Program-made: the position numbers and the translations under genes | NCBI GenBank assembly: GCA_963701185.1 | Contig: OY969569.1 | Coordinates: 245,735-309,734 of the forward strand | Direction of reading: 5' to 3' | DNA length: 64,000 nucleotides | DNA from: Candidatus Gottesmanbacteria bacterium | GTDB lineage: Bacteria; Patescibacteriota; Microgenomatia; UBA10105; UBA927 | Shown here: positions 56,803 through 64,000 of the stretch, piece after piece | How positions within the stretch are numbered: position 1 is the stretch's first letter | Layout: the number at the start of each line of letters is the position of its first letter | The notes under the pieces: model-generated | What the model saw: the letters and a program-made list of their open reading frames with translations, nothing else | Told to the model about the DNA's origin: nothing | The model's database searches: none

Positions 56803-57654
56803 ATGGCAAACATCCGTTTAATCAAAAACCGCATTAAGTCAGCAAAAAATATAGCCCAGATTACCAAAGCAATGGAATTGGTTTCCGCGTCTAAAATGCG
56901 TAAAGCCCAAGCTGAGGCCATCGCCGGCAAGCTGTACGCGCAAAAAATCCGTGATATGGTGTTTTCGCTTGCTTCCCGCGCCGATATCAGCAATCACCCG
57001 CTTCTGCGGAAGAATATCGCGGAAACACAAAAACATCTGGTAATCCTTATTTCTACAAATAAAGGATTGTGCGGAGGGTTAAACATTACGTTGTTCCGAT
57101 TCATGATGAAAGAGTACCCATCGTTGACCAATCTGGAATTTGTGTCGCTGGGAAAAAAAGGCACCAACTTTATTACCCAGACGCACGCAGTCCTCAAGGC
57201 AGATTTTTCGGCGAAAATTCCCTTTGTTGATTGCGTACCGGCCGTCACCCAGCTTTTGACCGAAGCATTTTTGCGTGGCGCAATATCCGGTGTTGATATT
57301 GTCTATAACGAATTCATTTCCGCATTACAGCAAATTCCACGTAAGAAAACCCTTTTACCGTTAACACTGAACGAACTGGCAGAAGAACAAACAAGCACTG
57401 AATTTCTCATCGAGCCGAGTGTGCGGGAAGTTTTTGACGCACTTCTTCCGCATTACTTGGAGAATCAGGTGCGGGATGCAGTTCTTCAGGCGAACGCAAG
57501 TGAACACAGCGCACGGATGGTCGCGATGCGCAGCGCGACAGACAACGCAATCTCATTTATGGAAGAGTTGACGCTGGTATACAACAAAGCCAGACAGGAA
57601 AAAATAACGTATGAAATATCCGATATGGTTACAGCGAGACTCGCGACTGAATAA
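56803..57654 (+). CDS. atpG: ATP synthase F1 subunit gamma
   Basis: N- and C-terminal gamma coiled-coil helices (IKNRIKSAKNIAQITKAMELVSASKMRKAQ ... ITYEISDMVTARLA). Confidence 0.9.
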   Translation: MANIRLIKNRIKSAKNIAQITKAMELVSASKMRKAQAEAIAGKLYAQKIRDMVFSLASRADISNHPLLRKNIAETQKHLVILISTNKGLCGGLNITLFRFMMKEYPSLTNLEFVSLGKKGTNFITQTHAVLKADFSAKIPFVDCVPAVTQLLTEAFLRGAISGVDIVYNEFISALQQIPRKKTLLPLTLNELAEEQTSTEFLIEPSVREVFDALLPHYLENQVRDAVLQANASEHSARMVAMRSATDNAISFMEELTLVYNKARQEKITYEISDMVTARLATE

Positions 57655-57672
57655 TTAAATAAAAGGAGATAG

Positions 57673-59492
<1,820 letters not shown>

Positions 59493-59530
59493 CAGACTTG
59501 GGGACGGTGCGATACACTGGCTAACACCGT

Positions 59531-59989
59531 ATGAAAGTTAAAGATGTGATGAGTGCATCTACCGTTACCGTATCCCCGGCGGCTTCATTTCATGAAATAT
59601 GGAAATCCATATTTAAAAAGAAAATCCATGCGCTTCCCGTTGTTAACCAAAAGAACGTCCTTGTCGGTATTCTGACCCGCGAAGAGCTTTTAGAAAAATT
59701 GTACCCGGATTACATGGATTTGTTTGCCTCGGGCGACGAATTTCCGGATCTTGAGGATATGGAACGGAAGGCAACGGAATTTTCAAGTCTGACGGCAGCG
59801 GATCTCATGCGCAAACACGTCGTTTTTGCTCATGAAGATACACCGGTTATGCGGGCGCTTTCCCGCCTGATTGTACGCCGCATTCATCAGATGCCGGTTG
59901 TGACGGAAAAAGGTTTAGTGGTGGGAATGGTCACCAAAGGCGATATTTTTTATGCTCTTTTTAAAACACGCGGCAAAAACAAAAAGTAA
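59531..59989 (+). CDS. CBS-pair domain protein
   Basis: Two CBS motifs (VKDVMSASTVTVSPAASFHEI...HALPVV and AADLMRKHVVFAHEDTPVMRALSRL...HQMPVV). Confidence 0.7.
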   Translation: MKVKDVMSASTVTVSPAASFHEIWKSIFKKKIHALPVVNQKNVLVGILTREELLEKLYPDYMDLFASGDEFPDLEDMERKATEFSSLTAADLMRKHVVFAHEDTPVMRALSRLIVRRIHQMPVVTEKGLVVGMVTKGDIFYALFKTRGKNKK

Positions 59990-59999
59990 TGTTATTTGT

Positions 60000-60605
60000 G
60001 TGTCTCATCCTCTGATTGCACATTCCCTTACGGTTCTACGTGATTACAGAACAACAACAGAAGAATTCCGGAGACACGCGGACATCGTATCAAAAATTAT
60101 CCTCATCGAAGCGATGAAACGCCTTTCAACGAACATCAAACGTATTAAAACCCCTCTGGCTCCGTTTGCAGGCAGGGAACTGAACGACAAAGTGATCGTT
60201 GTACCGGTACTCCGTGCAGGTCTTGCCATGCTTATTGCGCTTCGGGATTTTCTTCCTGCCGTGTCCGTCGGATTTATCGGACTCGAGCGCGACGAACAAA
60301 CCGCCCAGGCGAGGGAATATTATCAGAAAATGCCCGCAATATTTGCCTCGCATATTGTGATGGTAATCGATCCCATGCTGGCCACCGGCGGATCGTTTGA
60401 TGCTACCGTCGCCGCGCTCAAAAAGAGAGGGGCAAAACGAATGGTTGTTGTCTCTATCATATCGGCGCCGGAAGGCATAACATTTTTACAAAAACGGCAT
60501 CCTGACGTTCTCATTATTACCGGAGCTATCGATGATCATCTCAATCTAAAAAAGTTTATCGTACCGGGTTTGGGCGACTTCGGCGACCGCTACTTCGGAA
60601 CGTGA
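60000..60605 (+). CDS. upp: uracil phosphoribosyltransferase
   Basis: A GTG at 60000, 11 nt after the CBS stop, gives VSHPLIAHSLTVLRD, which aligns with Upp N-termini. The PRPP motif VMVIDPMLATGGS and the C-terminal GDFGDRYFGT are present. The ORF-track ATG at 59952 would overlap the CBS gene by 38 nt. Confidence 0.85.
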   Translation: MSHPLIAHSLTVLRDYRTTTEEFRRHADIVSKIILIEAMKRLSTNIKRIKTPLAPFAGRELNDKVIVVPVLRAGLAMLIALRDFLPAVSVGFIGLERDEQTAQAREYYQKMPAIFASHIVMVIDPMLATGGSFDATVAALKKRGAKRMVVVSIISAPEGITFLQKRHPDVLIITGAIDDHLNLKKFIVPGLGDFGDRYFGT

Positions 60606-60616
60606 AAAATTGACTC

Positions 60617-60762
60617 TTGACACACCGCTCATTCCTTGCGTAGACTATAACCCCAGGGACGCATACACAGATGAATACCTGGGATTATTCAGCACAACAA
60701 GCAATTTTTGCAAGCAAAAACGAAGTATCGGAGCCGCAAGGCTCTTTTTTTTGGGTTTTTTT
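60617..60762 (+). promoter_or_regulatory. argG leader: candidate promoter (TTGACA 60617-22, 18 nt, TAGACT 60641-46), a CCCAGG/CCTGGG stem-loop, then a GAGCC-gcaa-GGCTC hairpin with T8/T7 run (60731-60762)
   Basis: A promoter-like element, about 100 nt of structured leader, and an intrinsic-terminator-like hairpin with U-tract, all upstream of the strong RBS AAGGAGGG and the argG ATG at 60790. Confidence 0.35.
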
Positions 60763-60789
60763 CATATAAATGTTTATGTAAGGAGGGAT

Positions 60790-62409
60790 ATGCAAAAAGA
60801 TTCGTACACAAAAGTGTCATCATATGAAGGCAGGATCGGTGAAGTAAAAAAGGTGGTGCTTCTTTATTCCGGCGGGCTGGACACCTCCTGTATGCTGAAA
60901 TGGATCGGGGATACGTACAAAGCGGAAGTTATTGCGCTTACCATGGATTTGGGGCAACAGGGGGACGATTTGGAAGCAATACGGAAAAAAGCACTAAAGT
61001 TGGGAGCAACCAAAGCGTATGTCATTGACGCAAGAGATGAATTTGCAAATGAGTATCTTGCACCGCTTATTAAGGCAAACGGTTCCTACCAGGGTGATTA
61101 TCATATTTCCACAGTCAGCCGGTATCTCATGGCAAAATGGTGTGTGGTCATTGCGTATCGTGAAAAAGCGGATGCGATAGCCCACGGATGTACCGGGAAA
61201 GGAAACGACCAGGTACGCATTGACGCGACGGTACTTACTCTTGATCCGAATATGAAGATTATTGCGCCGGTGCGCGAGTGGAACATGAGCAGGGATGATG
61301 AAATTGATTATGCAAAAAAATACGGGATCCAAACAACCGTGCGGAAAGATTTTCCGTACTCAAGCGATGATAATATGTGGGGAGTAACGTGGGAAGGCGG
61401 AGAAATTGAAGATCCACAGTATATACCCAAAACAGACCGGTTTCTGATTGCAACAACATTGCTCAATAAAACCCCGAATACTCCGGACTACGTCACCATA
61501 GGATTTCAAAAGGGTATTCCCGTGACCTTGAATAAAAAACGGATGAAACTTTCCGAACTTATTATGCGGCTCAACCATATTGCGGGCCGCCACGGCGTGG
61601 GAGTCGTTCATCATCTGGAAGACAGACTCGTCGGACTAAAAAACCGCGGGGTCTATGAGTTGCCGGGAGGCCACACCATTATCGAGGCACACAGAAATTT
61701 GGAAAAATATGTGTGCACGCGTCAGGAAAACGAACTGAAAGCGATGATGGATATCCGATGGGGATACCTGTGTTATCTGGCGCAGTGGAGCGACCCCGTT
61801 ATGGCGGACCTCAACGCATTTAATGATAAAATCAACGAAAAGGTTGCCGGAGAGGTAACCGTACGGTTATATAAAGGGGCGGCGACAACCGTAGCCATGA
61901 CCTCGCCGTTCGGGCTTCACTTTGCTTCCTTTAACCAGGGGGAAGGGGCAGAGTATAACATACAAACTTCCGCGCCGTTTATAGAAACGTACAGCATGCA
62001 GCCCCGCCTGGCAGCACAGCGGGCGGAGAAGACAGCATTTATCTCCCTGGGGCCGAAGGATAAAAAACGGCTGCTGCCGAGTGTAAAGAAGCTTGCCCAG
62101 CTCGGGTATCAGCTTTTTGCGACGGACCAAACACACGTCTATTTAATGGAACAAGGTGTCACAAACCTGCTGGTTCATAAGCTCAGTTCCGGACAGCGGC
62201 CGAATCTGAAGGATGTGTTGTATACAAGAGGCTTTGATCTTATTATCAACACTCCCTCCGGTCACGGAAAATCTGAAGAAACCGACGGGAGCTTTATACG
62301 GAAGCGCGCTGTCGAAACTCATGCAACGCTCTGCACGCAATATGATGTTGCCGCACATGTCGTGGATAAACTCTATCAGGGGAAATTCGGCCGACCCCTG
62401 AAGACATAA
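60790..62409 (+). CDS. argG: argininosuccinate synthase fused to a C-terminal CarB-type MGS-like (allosteric) domain
   Basis: ATG at 60790 with RBS AAGGAGGG. ArgG motifs LYSGGLDTSCMLKWI and GCTGKGNDQVRIDAT. The C-terminal about 130 aa (KTAFISLGPKDKKRLLPSVKKLAQLGYQLFATDQTHVYLMEQGV...LIINTPSGHG...IRKRAVETHATLCT) resemble the MGS-like allosteric domain of the carbamoyl-phosphate synthase large chain. Confidence 0.8.
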   Translation: MQKDSYTKVSSYEGRIGEVKKVVLLYSGGLDTSCMLKWIGDTYKAEVIALTMDLGQQGDDLEAIRKKALKLGATKAYVIDARDEFANEYLAPLIKANGSYQGDYHISTVSRYLMAKWCVVIAYREKADAIAHGCTGKGNDQVRIDATVLTLDPNMKIIAPVREWNMSRDDEIDYAKKYGIQTTVRKDFPYSSDDNMWGVTWEGGEIEDPQYIPKTDRFLIATTLLNKTPNTPDYVTIGFQKGIPVTLNKKRMKLSELIMRLNHIAGRHGVGVVHHLEDRLVGLKNRGVYELPGGHTIIEAHRNLEKYVCTRQENELKAMMDIRWGYLCYLAQWSDPVMADLNAFNDKINEKVAGEVTVRLYKGAATTVAMTSPFGLHFASFNQGEGAEYNIQTSAPFIETYSMQPRLAAQRAEKTAFISLGPKDKKRLLPSVKKLAQLGYQLFATDQTHVYLMEQGVTNLLVHKLSSGQRPNLKDVLYTRGFDLIINTPSGHGKSEETDGSFIRKRAVETHATLCTQYDVAAHVVDKLYQGKFGRPLKT

Positions 62410-63359
62410 TGAAGAATATTCTTATTTCGAAAATCAGACAGCGTGGCGGTTGGGTTAACACACATGCACACTTTGACCGCGCGTACACAGCGTCGCCCAA
62501 AATTCTTCTGAAAGCGCATGCGCTCATGGAGCAAAAATGGACAATGGTAGATGCCATGAAGAGAGCCTCTGCGGAAGAGGATTACGCGGTTCGTATTGAA
62601 AAAGCCGTGACCGGTATGATTTCCCAGGGGGTTTCTGTCTGTGGGACATTTATCGACGTAGATCCGCTTACGGAACTTCGGGCGCTGCATGCGGCGCTAT
62701 ACGTGAAAAAAAAGTATGCCGGAAAGATACGCCTGTTGATCATCAACCAAGTTCTGAAAGGAGTCATTAGCCCACGCGTCCGGCAATGGGCCTACAAGGC
62801 CATCCCGGATGTCGATATCATCGGAGGTTTGCCTTCCCGCGACCGTCCGGAGGATAAAAAACATCTGGACATTCTCTTTTCATGGGCAAAAGAAACCGGC
62901 AAAATGGTCCATGTGCATATCGATCAGGAAAATAATCCCGAAGAGCGGGATACCATGATGCTCGCCAAACGTACTATTACATATGGCTTGGAGGGCAGGG
63001 TTGTCGCCATACACGCGATTTCCCTTGCCGCGCAGAATAAGCGCGTACGAAAGGAGACATATCACGTCATGAAAGAGGCAGGCCTCTCCGTCATCGTTTG
63101 TCCGTCAGCAGCACTTTCCATGAAACCGGTTGCCGGTTTAAGCGAAATACACAACAGTATCGCACCCGTCGGAGAACTTTTGGAAGCAGGTATTCCTGTG
63201 GCCCTCGGAACGGACAATATTGCGGACATATACCAACCGCTGGTAGACGGAGACATGTATACGGAGTTGCGCTTTTTGGCGGAAGCGAACAGATTTTACG
63301 ATCTCAACGCTTTGGCGACTATCTCATCCGCACATGGGAGAAAGGCACTGGGGATCTGA
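62409..63359 (+). CDS. amidohydrolase-superfamily metal-dependent hydrolase (dihydroorotase/cytosine-deaminase-like)
   Basis: Metal-ligand motifs NTHAHFD (HxH), HVHIDQ and ALGTDN(I)AD. At 316 aa it is short for canonical CodA or PyrC. Confidence 0.5.
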   Translation: MKNILISKIRQRGGWVNTHAHFDRAYTASPKILLKAHALMEQKWTMVDAMKRASAEEDYAVRIEKAVTGMISQGVSVCGTFIDVDPLTELRALHAALYVKKKYAGKIRLLIINQVLKGVISPRVRQWAYKAIPDVDIIGGLPSRDRPEDKKHLDILFSWAKETGKMVHVHIDQENNPEERDTMMLAKRTITYGLEGRVVAIHAISLAAQNKRVRKETYHVMKEAGLSVIVCPSAALSMKPVAGLSEIHNSIAPVGELLEAGIPVALGTDNIADIYQPLVDGDMYTELRFLAEANRFYDLNALATISSAHGRKALGI

Positions 63360-63362
63360 TCT

Positions 63363-64000
63363 ATGCAGCCGATCTATGACCCGCTAAAAACATATGAGGA
63401 AAATTGTGCACGCGGTCCGTTTGGATTGTTTTCCGGAAAACCCGCAAAAAAATTTCCACAGGGTCAACAAGTCAATTTATTAGGGTTTTCTCTGGACGTT
63501 CCGTTCGGTATAGGCGCCGGAACGTTACCCACCTCTAAATTTGTCACAGCCGCATGGCGGTGGGGATTTAGTATCGCGACCTATAAGACCGTTCGGTCCG
63601 ACGCGCAGTCAGCTCATCCGTTTCCGAATATTGTTAAAGTACGCACAAAAAACGGTGAGGTTCATCCCGGAGAGACGGTACTTGCTGATTTTGATATCCG
63701 GCATGTCAATATCGACCGGGACGGAATAACCAATTCGTTCGCCGTGCCGTCACAACAACCGGCTCAGTGGATTGCGGATGCCGCCAAAGCGCAGAAAACA
63801 CCGCACAAAGGCTCGGTGATGATTTTAAGTTTTATGGGCACCAAATGGGAGGGAAAAGACCGCAGGAATTTTGTTGATGATTTTACCCGCTGCTGTCGCC
63901 TTGCGCGCCGCGCCCACCCCGATATTCTTGAGGTTAATTTATCCTGTCCGAATTTCGGCGCGGAGGGTTTAGTGTGTAATGACATACCGATGTCGCGTGA
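63363..64000 (+). CDS. dihydroorotate dehydrogenase-family flavoenzyme (PyrD/PreA-like), 3' truncated by window end
   Basis: A continuous ORF from ATG 63363 to the window edge. The DHODH class-1-like VPFGIGAGT and the catalytic loop NLSCPN are present. Confidence 0.65.
   Translation, partial: MQPIYDPLKTYEENCARGPFGLFSGKPAKKFPQGQQVNLLGFSLDVPFGIGAGTLPTSKFVTAAWRWGFSIATYKTVRSDAQSAHPFPNIVKVRTKNGEVHPGETVLADFDIRHVNIDRDGITNSFAVPSQQPAQWIADAAKAQKTPHKGSVMILSFMGTKWEGKDRRNFVDDFTRCCRLARRAHPDILEVNLSCPNFGAEGLVCNDIPMSR

Overview
Reading by eye, this 64 kb window looks like a gene-dense bacterial chromosome segment, almost entirely on the + strand, with many 1-20 nt start/stop overlaps (ATGA, TAATG). Its character points to a small-genome, possibly CPR/Patescibacteria-like organism: a eukaryote/archaeal-type IleRS, compact operons, and many GH130-type domains. 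Housekeeping blocks in order: (i) YvlD-like, FemAB, dgkA, then a dcw cluster mraY-murI-murD-ftsW-murG-ftsQ-ftsA-ftsZ, with ftsA broken by a 1-nt frameshift in an A6 run; (ii) ileS, rodA, rplU, an RNA methyltransferase, rpmA, parB, lepB and tRNA-Val; (iii) a minus-strand tRNA cluster (Gly-Thr, LysM gene, Asp), then polX, lemA, htpX, murT/gatD, gatCAB, a GGDEF cyclase and dnaE; (iv) a complete F1Fo ATP synthase operon (atpZ-like, B, E, F, H, A, G, D, C); (v) a CBS protein, upp, an argG fused to a CarB-type MGS-like domain, an amidohydrolase, and a pyrD-like gene truncated at the window end. Accessory blocks: (a) three tandem GH130 domains in two genes plus a UgtP/MGDG-synthase-like GT28 enzyme; (b) a 4 kb module of signal-peptide proteins (metzincin, DUF642-like) in which two adjacent proteins share a C-terminal Cys-x17-19-Cys tail, and three copies of a conserved hairpin-forming intergenic motif; (c) a low-GC island immediately 3' of tRNA-Val carrying a GH-propeller/PT-linker/lipase fusion, a Wzx flippase, two methyltransferases and three GT4 enzymes, followed by normal-GC GT2, GT-C and O-antigen-ligase-like genes. 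I saw no CRISPR, rRNA, integrase or transposase. All calls come from reading the translations and sequence by eye; no searches were run.
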